From Candidatus Saccharimonadales bacterium (GTDB lineage Bacteria > Patescibacteriota > Saccharimonadia > Saccharimonadales > UBA4665), in the NCBI GenBank assembly GCA_036276195.1, contig DATBED010000042.1, forward strand, positions 1,044 to 65,043: a DNA stretch of 64,000 bases, read 5' to 3'. The notes beneath the pieces are model-generated. The model was given only the letters and a program-made list of their open reading frames with translations, made no database searches and was not told the origin of the DNA. This document shows positions 25,713 to 35,823 of the stretch, piece after piece (the first letter of the stretch is position 1; each line of letters opens with the position of its first letter). The translations under genes were made by a program, and so were the position numbers.

Positions 25713-26639
25713 TTAGCGGCTGCGCCAGTCGGCGATGACGTCGGTGAAGGTGGTTTCGAGCGAAATTTCGGGCTGCCAGTCGGTGTCTTGAGTTAGTTTG
25801 TCGTGGTTACCGCTGACTGTTGGAGTATCTGACGGGCGCATCTTGGTCGGATCCTGCTTGACCTCTGGCAACAGGCCGGCAGCTTGGCTGAGGCCTTCCA
25901 GAATTTCGTGTCCGCTAATCGGTTTGCCGGAGCAAATGTTATAAATTTCGCCGGAATGGCCCTTTTCTAGTAGTAACCGGTAGGCCCGGACGATGTCGCG
26001 CACATCGGTATAATCGCGCTGGGCATCTAAGTTACCGACCAGCATTTCTGACTGCTCGCCTTTTTGAATGGCGACCAGCTGCTGGGCGAAATCAGGCACG
26101 ATAAAGCCGGGGCCTTGGCCGGGGCCAATGTGGTTAAACGGCCGGGCGATAATGGCCTCAAAACCGCGCGTGGCGTAGTACATGGCCATCTGCTCCTGGC
26201 CGATTTTACTGACGGCATACGGGGAATTGGGCAACACCGGCGACTCCTCGGTGAGCGGCTGCGGCGCCTTGGGGTCATACAGCGTGCCGCTGCTGATGAT
26301 TAGGAACCGCGGCTTGGCACCTTGTTTTAGCGCCGTTTCGAACAGATTGATTTCGATGCCGACATTGACGTCCATATAAAGTTTTGGATTGTCAAACGAT
26401 GGCCCGACGGCCGCCAGCCCGGCCAGATGCACCACGCCGCCTACGCCGGCGAAATCTATCTGGGCGGCCTGCTCGGGCTTGGTCAGATCCAATTCCAGAT
26501 ATCGAACTGCTCCAGAAGATACTTCACCTTTAGCAGCAGTTCGATCTACCACTACAATCTCGTAATCATGGTCTAGGAGCTCTCGTACCAAATGTTGTCC
26601 GACAAAGCCGCCAGCGCCAGTTACCAAGACCTTTACCAT
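25713..26639 (-). CDS. NAD-dependent epimerase/reductase, probable GDP-4-keto-6-deoxy-D-mannose reductase (Rmd-like)
   Basis: 308 aa. It has the Rossmann motif VTGAGGFVGQHL and the catalytic YAVSK (YxxxK). The gmd neighbourhood supports the call; specificity is inferred. Confidence 0.55.
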   Translation of the reverse strand: MVKVLVTGAGGFVGQHLVRELLDHDYEIVVVDRTAAKGEVSSGAVRYLELDLTKPEQAAQIDFAGVGGVVHLAGLAAVGPSFDNPKLYMDVNVGIEINLFETALKQGAKPRFLIISSGTLYDPKAPQPLTEESPVLPNSPYAVSKIGQEQMAMYYATRGFEAIIARPFNHIGPGQGPGFIVPDFAQQLVAIQKGEQSEMLVGNLDAQRDYTDVRDIVRAYRLLLEKGHSGEIYNICSGKPISGHEILEGLSQAAGLLPEVKQDPTKMRPSDTPTVSGNHDKLTQDTDWQPEISLETTFTDVIADWRSR

Positions 26640-26643
26640 AGTA

Positions 26644-27669
26644 TCAGCGTACTTTAAAGCTTAGCTTATGCCAACCAGCACGTAACCGTCGCAAAGCGTG
26701 GGCATTAGGCGGCAGATCATGAACGATTAGGCCCCACACGTACTCGTCTGATACTTTTTTGGATTTTTGGATGCGGCGCCGCTCGCTATGTTTTTTAAGC
26801 AACAAATAGCTTCCCTTTAAATCACCCTTCACGGCCGCCCAGCCCTGACTCCGACTAATAGCCCGCAGTAAAAAAAGTGACTGAGCCAAAGTGAGCCGCC
26901 AACCGACACGCCATAAATATTTACGCGGTAGGTTCTTGTACCACAACAGCTGTAAATTTTTCATTGTTTGATAAGTTGCGAAACCCTTAAGCTTTTTACT
27001 AGTGGCGCCGATTTGATGGTAAACAATTGCCGCCGGCACATAGGAGATTTTCCAGCTTGCTAGCTGGGCACGGAAACTAAGGTCAACATCCTCATAGTAG
27101 GCAAAAAAATCCTCGTCTAATAAACCAATTTCTTCTAACATCTTTACTCTGTACAAACTGGCACCGCCGCTAGCACCAAAAATATCTGTCTGTTTGTCAT
27201 ATTTATCTATATCTACCTCATTACGTCCGCGGGGATAGGGCAGACCCCAAGCGGTATAGTAATCACCCGTACTGTCTATATGTAAACCGTCAGCCCCTAA
27301 CAACTTACAGGCTGCAATGCCTACCTCATCATGTGCATCTAAATAGACGACCAGGGTTTTTAACCAATCTTTGTCGGCTACAGCATCATTGTTGAAGGCG
27401 GCTACGTAATACGCCCCAACCTCGATTGCCCGCCTGAAACCAGGGTTCACCCCGCCAGCATAGCCTTTATTCTTGGAATGTTTGATAAGCTCTACTTCGG
27501 GGTACTGGTTTTCAATCAGCTCAATTGAACCATCAGTTGAGCCATTGTCGACCACTATAATATGGGCTTTAAAACTCTGCACTCGCAGCGAATCCAGGCA
27601 GGCCTTTAAGCCAGACTTACCATTCCAGTTAGGAACCACTACAAGAGTCTTCTGCATCGACTTAGGCAT
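26644..27669 (-). CDS. GT2-family glycosyltransferase
   Basis: 341 aa. VVVPNWNGKSGLKACLDSLRVQSFKAHIIVVDNGSTDGS, with a DxD-type acidic motif. Confidence 0.8.
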   Translation of the reverse strand: MPKSMQKTLVVVPNWNGKSGLKACLDSLRVQSFKAHIIVVDNGSTDGSIELIENQYPEVELIKHSKNKGYAGGVNPGFRRAIEVGAYYVAAFNNDAVADKDWLKTLVVYLDAHDEVGIAACKLLGADGLHIDSTGDYYTAWGLPYPRGRNEVDIDKYDKQTDIFGASGGASLYRVKMLEEIGLLDEDFFAYYEDVDLSFRAQLASWKISYVPAAIVYHQIGATSKKLKGFATYQTMKNLQLLWYKNLPRKYLWRVGWRLTLAQSLFLLRAISRSQGWAAVKGDLKGSYLLLKKHSERRRIQKSKKVSDEYVWGLIVHDLPPNAHALRRLRAGWHKLSFKVR

Positions 27670-27692
27670 TTTCTTCCTCTATAATAGCTTAA

Positions 27693-28496
27693 TTGATGAG
27701 GCGATTTGTCACAAAACAAAACCGTGCCCTACTGAGCGAGCTAGTACGCACTGACTTCAAGTTACGCTACCAAGGGTCTGTGCTGGGTTATGCCTGGTCT
27801 CTGCTAAAGCCGTTACTCCTATTCATCATTCTGTACGTAGTATTCGTGAAGTTCCTAAAATTAGGAGCGGGCGTCCCTCATTATCCGGTCTATTTGCTGC
27901 TTGGTATTGTGTTTTGGAACTTTTTCAACGAGATGACCATGCAAAGCCTTACCTCAATTGTGGGGCGTGGCGATCTGATACGCAAGATTCGTATCCCGCG
28001 TTGGATCATAGTGCTCAGCAGCAGCATCTCAGCCCTAATTAATCTCTTTTTGAACTTGGTAGTAATAGCCATTTTCATGTTTGTTAACCACGTTGATTTG
28101 ATGCGCACAATACTCTGGATACCGCTAATCCTTGCCGAGGTCTATTTGTTAGCTTTGGGTCTGTCTATGTTCCTTTCGGCGGCTTATGTAAAATTCCGGG
28201 ACATTAACTACATCTGGGAAGTGATTCTACAGGCAGGCTTCTACATAACCCCCATATTGTATCCGATGTCACGCATCGGCAACCTGACCATTAAGAAACT
28301 TATTCTTCTCAATCCTATGGGCCAAGCCATCCAGGACGCACGTTACGCAGCGGTAACCCATGATGCGACCACTGCCCATCATATATTCCAAGGCGGTTGG
28401 TACCAGTTCATACCCTTTTTAATTGTCGCCTTGGTACTAGCCGGTGGTCTGGGCTACTTCCGAAAAGAGTCGAAGTATTTCGCGGAGAACATATAA
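27693..28496 (+). CDS. ABC-2 type polysaccharide export permease (Wzm/TagG-like)
   Basis: 267 aa with 6 TM segments. The N-terminus DFKLRYQGSVLGYAWSLLKPLL is typical of Wzm/TagG. Confidence 0.85.
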   Translation: MMRRFVTKQNRALLSELVRTDFKLRYQGSVLGYAWSLLKPLLLFIILYVVFVKFLKLGAGVPHYPVYLLLGIVFWNFFNEMTMQSLTSIVGRGDLIRKIRIPRWIIVLSSSISALINLFLNLVVIAIFMFVNHVDLMRTILWIPLILAEVYLLALGLSMFLSAAYVKFRDINYIWEVILQAGFYITPILYPMSRIGNLTIKKLILLNPMGQAIQDARYAAVTHDATTAHHIFQGGWYQFIPFLIVALVLAGGLGYFRKESKYFAENI

Positions 28497-29654
28497 ATGA
28501 GTGACGATATTGCGGTCAAGGTCGATGGGGTCAGTAAGACATTTAAGTTGCCTCACGAAAAAAATAGCTCCCTCAAGTCAGTAGTAATCAATTTCTATAA
28601 ACGCAACAAGTCTTACGAGAAACAAAAAGCCCTACAGGACATATCATTTGAAATAAAAAAAGGTGAATTCTTTGGTATTGTCGGTCGCAACGGCAGCGGA
28701 AAGAGCACCTTACTCAAACTACTGGCGGGCATATATTCACCAAGTCGAGGGGGGATTACTATTAACGGAAAGCTAATACCTTTTATAGAACTGGGTGTTG
28801 GCTTTAATCCCGAGCTAACGGGCCGGGAAAACGTCTTTCTAAACGGTGCTTTGCTTGGATTTAATCGGTCAGAGATGACGGCTATGTACGAAGATATAGT
28901 TGAATTTGCCGAACTGCGGAAATTTATGGACCAAAAACTCAAAAACTATTCGTCTGGCATGCAAGTACGCCTAGCCTTTTCTATCGCCATAAGGGCGCAG
29001 GGCGACATCCTGCTTCTCGACGAAGTGTTAGCCGTTGGCGACGCTGCTTTTCAGCAAAAGTGCTTTGATTACTTTGAAACGCTCAAACGCGAAAAGAAAA
29101 CCGTCATTTTCGTATCACACGACATGACAGCAGTCACTCGTTTTTGCACGCGCGGCATTTACATAGAAGACGGTGAAGTTAAGAAAGCTGGCGATCCGAT
29201 TGACATTGCCGAGTTGTACAAGATGGAAAACCTGGAATCTTCGGGGAAAGGGCAGACCAAGGGGGTTACCAGCGGCCCCAAACTATCCTCGTTGCACAGC
29301 CTTGGCACAGAAATTCTTGATCAAACCGAAGACAATGCACGTATAAAATTTACCTACACATCCAAAGACAACAGTGATATGTACGTGGCCTTTTCTGTAT
29401 TAATGGACGGAATATCTGTCGCAGAGCTCACAACTTATAACGGGGAATCATTAAAAGGCAGCAGCCATATCTTATACGATTTAGACATGACCATTTTTAA
29501 TCCAGGTGCCTATCAAATAACTAGCGCTTTATGTAGGTTTGAAGGACGAAAATTACTGGCTATAGGCAGTTCTACACCCAAGTTTTCTATAGGTGGTGAA
29601 GATATGGCAAGAGGGGCGGCCATGAAACTAGCAGACAAATGGACCCGAACCTAG
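28497..29654 (+). CDS. polysaccharide export ABC ATPase (Wzt/TagH-like) with C-terminal extension
   Basis: 385 aa. Walker A GRNGSGKST, signature YSSGMQVRLAFS, Walker B ILLLDE. An extra C-terminal domain of about 135 aa is present. Confidence 0.85.
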   Translation: MSDDIAVKVDGVSKTFKLPHEKNSSLKSVVINFYKRNKSYEKQKALQDISFEIKKGEFFGIVGRNGSGKSTLLKLLAGIYSPSRGGITINGKLIPFIELGVGFNPELTGRENVFLNGALLGFNRSEMTAMYEDIVEFAELRKFMDQKLKNYSSGMQVRLAFSIAIRAQGDILLLDEVLAVGDAAFQQKCFDYFETLKREKKTVIFVSHDMTAVTRFCTRGIYIEDGEVKKAGDPIDIAELYKMENLESSGKGQTKGVTSGPKLSSLHSLGTEILDQTEDNARIKFTYTSKDNSDMYVAFSVLMDGISVAELTTYNGESLKGSSHILYDLDMTIFNPGAYQITSALCRFEGRKLLAIGSSTPKFSIGGEDMARGAAMKLADKWTRT

Positions 29655-30418
29655 TACTTCTTAAGTTTAAAGCCGGCCGTTTTTTGATGATACCAAATAT
29701 CTTTGTGGCTTTTTTCAACCTTAAGCTTGGTGTAATCATCACCCAGGTCATTGTACAAATCCCAGGTTAGATGGTAAGCATTTGTTTTTTTAGTACGCGC
29801 CCAGTGTTTCTTTAGCACTTCGTAACAGTAGTAATGTAATGTACTGTCAACGAACGGTGCATCGCGACCTTTAATCCAATCTAGAAAACCAAGTAGATTC
29901 TTGCTGGTCATAGACAGCAAGTGAAGGCCCGTTCTGGCTTCAAAGTAGTCATTCTGTTCACTTTCATCAGGAGGAACCCAATTAATTGCTTCAGGGAATG
30001 TCTTTAATGGCAAGTTAGACATATCTAAACTAATGCCACAAGCGAATACAAATGGGCTTCTCTTCAATATATTAGTCTCTTCTTCTAGCCAACCGGCATC
30101 GCTGCAGACAAGATCGCCATCAGTTAGTATTACCAGACCTTGTCTATTTATTTCGCTACGCTCATTTTCTAAAACCGCCCAGAAAGCATTAGCGGCAATA
30201 TTCTCTTTGAACAAATAGTGGCGTTTTACTTTGCTATCCTGGCCGTACACATCAATTAGTTTTGCTATTTTTGGGCTGGAAGCGCTAGGATTCTCAATAA
30301 TAACGATTTCCAACTGGTCACTAAAACGCGTGATAAAATCCAGTGACTTGCGGATAATTTCGTACTGATCAAACACCAGCACATAGGTCAGTATTTTCTT
30401 CTTTTTAAAAGGCAGCAC
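29651..30418 (-). CDS. hypothetical protein, possible GT-A-like transferase
   Basis: 255 aa. No confident family was recognised. ILTDGD may be a DxD motif. Low-GC island context. Confidence 0.3.
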   Translation of the reverse strand: MLPFKKKKILTYVLVFDQYEIIRKSLDFITRFSDQLEIVIIENPSASSPKIAKLIDVYGQDSKVKRHYLFKENIAANAFWAVLENERSEINRQGLVILTDGDLVCSDAGWLEEETNILKRSPFVFACGISLDMSNLPLKTFPEAINWVPPDESEQNDYFEARTGLHLLSMTSKNLLGFLDWIKGRDAPFVDSTLHYYCYEVLKKHWARTKKTNAYHLTWDLYNDLGDDYTKLKVEKSHKDIWYHQKTAGFKLKKY

Positions 30419-30514
30419 GTTCTAATTATAAGTTAGACGTCGTATAATCGTATAGATAACATAAAAGCTACCACCACATTTAGTAATAAACTGTGTATCA
30501 AGATTGGGAGTATC

Positions 30515-31093
30515 ATGGCTAAGAGTAGTTCTAAAAAACCGATAAACTTGCACCTTGGTTGTGGCATCAACATCGCTGAAGGCTGGATTAATGTCGACAA
30601 TAACACCGACAATAATATTGAGTTAAAAAAGTTAGACCTTAACTGGGACTTACGCAACCCCTTGCCTTATAAGTCAAACACCGTAGACAAAATTTTTCAC
30701 GAACACTTCATAGAGCACTTGTTGAAAGCCGACGGTGAAGCATTTCTGCGCCAGTGCTATATGTTACTAAAGCCTGGAGGCACCATGAGAATCGGTTGGC
30801 CAGACACCGCCAAGATGGTTAGAGCCTATCTTCTGCGTGATAAAAAGTATTATGACTACATATCTAAGCACGTAGAGAACGGCATGCTATTTAACACCTG
30901 GGATGAATTGCTTGTAGGCTTTTTCTACTCTTGGGAACACAGGTATGGCTATACTCGTAAGCATTTAAAGCAATTACTACTATATATAGGCTTCAAGGAG
31001 GCAAAGGTTAAGAAATTTATGCAGTCCGACTATGGCTACAACATTGACATTAGGAACGATCCGGCTACTACGTATATAGAAGTCGTAAAGTGA
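30515..31093 (+). CDS. class I SAM-dependent methyltransferase
   Basis: 192 aa. INLHLGCGINIAEGWINVDNN and LLKPGGTMRI match the motif I and post-I patterns. Confidence 0.7.
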   Translation: MAKSSSKKPINLHLGCGINIAEGWINVDNNTDNNIELKKLDLNWDLRNPLPYKSNTVDKIFHEHFIEHLLKADGEAFLRQCYMLLKPGGTMRIGWPDTAKMVRAYLLRDKKYYDYISKHVENGMLFNTWDELLVGFFYSWEHRYGYTRKHLKQLLLYIGFKEAKVKKFMQSDYGYNIDIRNDPATTYIEVVK

Positions 31094-31096
31094 TTT

Positions 31097-32212
31097 ATGC
31101 CAGAGCACATACCTTTTATTAAGCCTGAGTTTCCCTCTGTCAAGGAAATAGCTCAAGACCTAGAGGTAATTTACGAGAATAACTACTATTCAAACAATGG
31201 CCCCATCTATTACAAGTTTGTGGATGCCATGGAGGCCTACTTAGGTCAAGGCTTGCATGTTGTGGCACTCAATAACGCTACAACCGCTATTATGCTGGCC
31301 ATGAAAGCCTGTTTTAAGACACATAAGAAGTACGTGGCCTTGCCTTCTTTTACGTTTCCTGCAGGACCTCTAGCCGCGCAGTGGTGCGGCTATGAGCCGC
31401 TTTTTTTTGATATAGACGAGAATTCACTGCAGCCTAGCCTATCGAGTTTTAAGGAGCTTTACGAGACGTACGGGCATGATATAGCCGGCGTGCTGCTTGT
31501 AAACGAGTTTGGCATAGGCAATGCTCAGATTCAGGACTGGGATGCTCTGAGTAAAGAGCTAGGCATCCCAATGGTTATAGATTCTGCTCCGGGGATTGGC
31601 TCTACATATCCAGATGGAGAACTGTTGGGCGGCCATGGTTTATGCGAAGTATTCTCTATGCATGCCACTAAACCTTTCGGAGTTGGCGAAGGAGGGCTTA
31701 TTACCACCAAAGATAAAAACTTGGCAGAGCGCTTAGAATCTTTAAAGAACTTTGGATTTGATGCACAAAAACTAACTGACAAGGAGGGGCTGAACGGAAA
31801 AATAACCGAGCTTGATTGCGCTATAGGTTTAAGAATCATACAAAATTATGAAAGCGTGCTTGATAGAAGGCGCCATGTTCAGGCTATTTATGAGAGGTTA
31901 TTAATAGACAGTGCAGTAAGGTTTCTGCCATTTGCCCAAAAAGCATCGATTCAGTTTGCTACAATCCTAGTTGACGCCGAAATCAGAAATGAAATTTTAG
32001 CCAAACTTGCAGCCGAAAAAATAGACGCACGCACTTACTATGCTCCTCCTTTGCATCACCACATGCTTTTTAAAGTTAGCGCTCGGGGCTCGTTGACAAA
32101 CACCGAGAAAATCTCAGAGCAAGTTATCTCATTGCCCGTACATAACGATATGACAAGTGACACGGTTGGACGCATCTGCAATGTCATAAAAGAGGCTTTA
32201 CATGATCAATGA
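31097..32212 (+). CDS. DegT/DnrJ/EryC1/StrS-family sugar aminotransferase
   Basis: 371 aa. FSMHATKPFGVGEGG contains the PLP lysine. The N-terminal region is typical of this family. Confidence 0.8.
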   Translation: MPEHIPFIKPEFPSVKEIAQDLEVIYENNYYSNNGPIYYKFVDAMEAYLGQGLHVVALNNATTAIMLAMKACFKTHKKYVALPSFTFPAGPLAAQWCGYEPLFFDIDENSLQPSLSSFKELYETYGHDIAGVLLVNEFGIGNAQIQDWDALSKELGIPMVIDSAPGIGSTYPDGELLGGHGLCEVFSMHATKPFGVGEGGLITTKDKNLAERLESLKNFGFDAQKLTDKEGLNGKITELDCAIGLRIIQNYESVLDRRRHVQAIYERLLIDSAVRFLPFAQKASIQFATILVDAEIRNEILAKLAAEKIDARTYYAPPLHHHMLFKVSARGSLTNTEKISEQVISLPVHNDMTSDTVGRICNVIKEALHDQ

Positions 32213-32975
32213 GAAAATCCTGGTAGTTACTGACAATAAGGAGTTGTTTGAGTTCTTCGCCGAACTATTAGTTGATCAAAAGGATCTACTAGGAGGCAGA
32301 ACAGTCAAGTTTGTCTGTAGTCCGGGCAACGATCTTTTTGAGGATGACGTTCACGGATATGCAGTTAGTCCTTTGCGTATCAAAGACCATATTGACGAAG
32401 TTATCCAGGATTTTGATCTTGTCATATCGGCTCACTGCAAACAAATTTTTCCGGACAAGCTGGTCCAGAACCGTACTTGCATCAACATACACCCCGGGCT
32501 TAATCCTTATAACAGAGGTTGGTTTCCGCAAGTTTTCTCAATCCTCAATAGCCTGCCGTTAGGCGCCACGATTCATGAAATTGACGAAGAAATTGATCAC
32601 GGCAATATCATTGCCCAAAAAGCAGTGCCCCTTTTGGCGTGGGATACATCTCTGACGGCATATAATCGGGTGCAAGACGCAGAGAAGGACTTAATAAGAG
32701 AGAATCTCCAGGCAATTTTTACCAATACTTACACTACCTTTCCGCCAAAGGAAGAGGGCAATGTTAACTTGAAGTACGACTTTAATGAGTTACGCGAAAT
32801 CAAGATAGAGGAAACTATCACGTTTCAAAAAGCCATCGATAAACTCCGAGCATTGACCCATCCTCCGTATAAAAATGCCTATTTTATTGATCCTGTATCT
32901 GGGGATAAAATATGGATTCAGATCATACTAGAAAAGGACACTTCAGATGACAGATCGAACCAGACCAAAAGTTAG
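32202..32975 (+). CDS. sugar N-formyltransferase (WbtJ/VioF-like)
   Basis: 257 aa. INIHPGLNPYNRGWFP and GATIHEIDEEIDHGNIIAQ are formyltransferase catalytic motifs. It overlaps the aminotransferase stop. Confidence 0.7.
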   Translation: MINEKILVVTDNKELFEFFAELLVDQKDLLGGRTVKFVCSPGNDLFEDDVHGYAVSPLRIKDHIDEVIQDFDLVISAHCKQIFPDKLVQNRTCINIHPGLNPYNRGWFPQVFSILNSLPLGATIHEIDEEIDHGNIIAQKAVPLLAWDTSLTAYNRVQDAEKDLIRENLQAIFTNTYTTFPPKEEGNVNLKYDFNELREIKIEETITFQKAIDKLRALTHPPYKNAYFIDPVSGDKIWIQIILEKDTSDDRSNQTKS

Positions 32976-34047
32976 CATCATTGCCATATCGTATAACCAC
33001 GAAAAGTACATCCGTCAGGCACTCGACAGTTTTATAAACCAACAGACGGACTTTAGTTATGAAATTGTGATTGGCGATGACCATTCAACGGATGATACCG
33101 TAAAAATTATTAAAGAGTACGCCGCCAAGCATCCGGATTTGATTAAGCCAATCCTGAGGAGCAAGAATGTAGGCATACCCAAAAATTTTGCGGATACCAT
33201 GAACCATGCCAGCGGTGAGTACATTGCCTTATGTGAGTGTGATGACTTTTGGACAGACCAGCACAAATTACAAATTCAAGCCGACTTTCTTGATAATAAT
33301 CCGCAAGACGCTCTATGTTTTCACCCAGTCAGTATTGTCTTTGAAAACAAAGAAGGTAAAACGGGAACAGAAGTCTTCCCAGATAAAAAGGAATTTAAAG
33401 AGTTTACACTCGTCGAGCTACTGAGGCGAAACTTTATGCAAACCAACTCAGTTATGTACCGCAGGCAAACGTACAAGGACTTCCCCCTGGATATACTGCC
33501 AGTTGACTGGTATCTACACCTTTATCACGCCCAATTTGGGGGGATAGGTTACATAGATAGGGTCATGGCATCGTACAGAAGACACGAAAGTGGCGTGTGG
33601 TGGGCAAATAATGCTGAAGAGTTTTGGAATAAGAACGGCATTAAACATCTGGCAATGTATAGGGCGGCGCTAAAGTTATACGGGCAGGACAAAAAATACA
33701 AAGAGGTGCTCTACGAACCTATAAGTAGAGCCTTTCTAGCAATAGCTAATTTGAAACCCTCGCCCGAGCACAACCTACTGTTTGAGGCATTTATAAAATA
33801 TCCAGATATGGCAGCTGAATCGATCAGGCACTTCCTAACAGATAATAAAAAGATAATTGAAGACAAAGATAAATTAATCGAGAGCGACGAGGCTCATATC
33901 AAAAAGTTAGAAACACTTGTTAATAAACAAAATGAGGACATGCAAATGGCTAATGCCGCCCTTAATGAAATTAATGACAGTAGGGCTTGGAAGTTGGCAA
34001 AGGGCATGAGAAAAGCTAAATCAACATTAACCAGAAGAAGCAAATAG
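32947..34047 (+). CDS. GT2-family glycosyltransferase with C-terminal coiled-coil
   Basis: 366 aa. VSIIAISYNHEKYIRQALDSFINQQTDFSYEIVIGDDHSTDDT. Confidence 0.8.
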   Translation: MTDRTRPKVSIIAISYNHEKYIRQALDSFINQQTDFSYEIVIGDDHSTDDTVKIIKEYAAKHPDLIKPILRSKNVGIPKNFADTMNHASGEYIALCECDDFWTDQHKLQIQADFLDNNPQDALCFHPVSIVFENKEGKTGTEVFPDKKEFKEFTLVELLRRNFMQTNSVMYRRQTYKDFPLDILPVDWYLHLYHAQFGGIGYIDRVMASYRRHESGVWWANNAEEFWNKNGIKHLAMYRAALKLYGQDKKYKEVLYEPISRAFLAIANLKPSPEHNLLFEAFIKYPDMAAESIRHFLTDNKKIIEDKDKLIESDEAHIKKLETLVNKQNEDMQMANAALNEINDSRAWKLAKGMRKAKSTLTRRSK

Positions 34048-34050
34048 CTA

Positions 34051-35823
34051 ATGGTCATTAAAGATATACTGAGAACAATACTGCCACCGGGAAGTAGGCA
34101 GCGTATTCTGGCCGGGCGGCTTAAAAGTATCATACTGCACGGTTCTAGCAGCAACGTTTTTATATATAAGAACTGGATTAAGCGAATTGAGCCCAAAACG
34201 CTCAGCCCGATACTGGAACATCAATCAATACTTGTATCTGTAGTTGTGCCTTGCTACAACACGCCAGAACGCTACATTAAGGCACTGATAAAATCGCTAA
34301 TTAGTCAAACCTATCAGAATTGGCAGCTGTGCATTGCCGACGGGTCAACCGATCAAGCGCTGGCCGAAACTATAAAGCACTTCGCTGATCAGGATGAGCG
34401 AATAGTCTACACGCGCGCAGAAGGCAACCTGGGCATTTCCGGCAACACCAATCTGGCGATTAAAAAAGCCAGTGGCGGCTATGTTGCATTTTTGGACCAT
34501 GACGATATTCTGCCTACTTGGTCTCTCAACGAAATGGTTACAGTAATTAAACAGAATCCCCAGGCTGGAGTTTTATATAGCGATGAAGACCGACTGACTG
34601 AAAACGGCCAGGTGAGATTATCGCCCTTTTTTAAGCCCGACTGGTCGCCCGATCTCTTTTTAAGCGCTAACTATGTCACGCATTTTTTCATGATCGAATC
34701 AGGGCTCCTTAAAAAGCTAGGTGGCTTGCGCTCACAGTACGACGGCTCGCAAGACTATGATCTTATGCTGCGTGCTTTGGACGAAAAGCCAGAGATTGTG
34801 CATGTACCAAAAATTCTTTACCACATGAGAATGGCTAAAAACTCAACCGCATCAACAATCAGTGCTAAGGATTACGTGCACAGTAGCGGCAACCAGGCAA
34901 TTGTCGATTACCTCAAGCGCAACAACATTAAAGCTAAGGTACTGCAAATGCCCGATCGGCCAACTAATCATCGAATTAAATATGAACTTGACCTCAAAGC
35001 CAAAGTGTCAATTATCATTCCCTTTAAAGACAAGGCTGACCTGCTCAAAACTTGTGTGGGCAGCATTCTGACTAAAACTACCCATAAAAATTACGAAATC
35101 ATTTTAGTTTCCAATAACAGTACAGAAAAGAAGACTTTTACTTATTTGAATAGCCTGAAGGAACACAAGAATATAAAAGTGTATAAATATGATAATCCCT
35201 TTAACTTTTCGGCTGTCAATAATTTCGGCCGGAGTAAGGCCAGTGGCCAGGTGCTACTGTTTTTAAATAACGATACTAAGGTGCTGAATAGGGAATGGCT
35301 AGAAGAGCTAGCGGCTGTAGCCTTGCGGCCAGAAGTTGGAGAAGTCGGCGCATTGCTGTTTTACCCGAATAATACCATTCAGCATGCCGGCGTTATAGTG
35401 GGTTTGTTAGGCGTGGCTGGCCATGTTTTTAGGGAGCTCAAGCTCGGTACGTTAACACCCTTTTGGCTGCCCGATTGGCCTAGGAACTATCTGGCGGTAA
35501 CAGCCGCTTGTGTAGCCATAGAGGCTGCTAAATTTGATAAAATTGGCGGCTTTGACGAGCATTTTATTACGGCTGGCCAAGATGTGCGTCTGGGAATAGC
35601 ACTTTACGAGGCTGGTTACCGCAACGTGTACTGGCCGTTTGCTCGACTAATTCACTATGAGAATGTCAGTGTGGGCGCCTATAATGAACGAGACGATAAT
35701 GTGCACGACTATACGGAATCAATGAAATATTATCGTCGCTACATTGAACAGGGCGACCCTTATTTTAATCCTAACCTAGATACTATGAGCGAGATACCCA
35801 TGCTACGGAGGAATAATGGCTGA
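34051..35823 (+). CDS. two-domain GT2 glycosyltransferase
   Basis: 590 aa with two GT2 N-motifs: VSVVVPCYNTPERYIKALIKSL...ADGSTD and VSIIIPFKDKADLLKTCVGSIL...LVSNNSTE. Confidence 0.8.
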   Translation: MVIKDILRTILPPGSRQRILAGRLKSIILHGSSSNVFIYKNWIKRIEPKTLSPILEHQSILVSVVVPCYNTPERYIKALIKSLISQTYQNWQLCIADGSTDQALAETIKHFADQDERIVYTRAEGNLGISGNTNLAIKKASGGYVAFLDHDDILPTWSLNEMVTVIKQNPQAGVLYSDEDRLTENGQVRLSPFFKPDWSPDLFLSANYVTHFFMIESGLLKKLGGLRSQYDGSQDYDLMLRALDEKPEIVHVPKILYHMRMAKNSTASTISAKDYVHSSGNQAIVDYLKRNNIKAKVLQMPDRPTNHRIKYELDLKAKVSIIIPFKDKADLLKTCVGSILTKTTHKNYEIILVSNNSTEKKTFTYLNSLKEHKNIKVYKYDNPFNFSAVNNFGRSKASGQVLLFLNNDTKVLNREWLEELAAVALRPEVGEVGALLFYPNNTIQHAGVIVGLLGVAGHVFRELKLGTLTPFWLPDWPRNYLAVTAACVAIEAAKFDKIGGFDEHFITAGQDVRLGIALYEAGYRNVYWPFARLIHYENVSVGAYNERDDNVHDYTESMKYYRRYIEQGDPYFNPNLDTMSEIPMLRRNNG

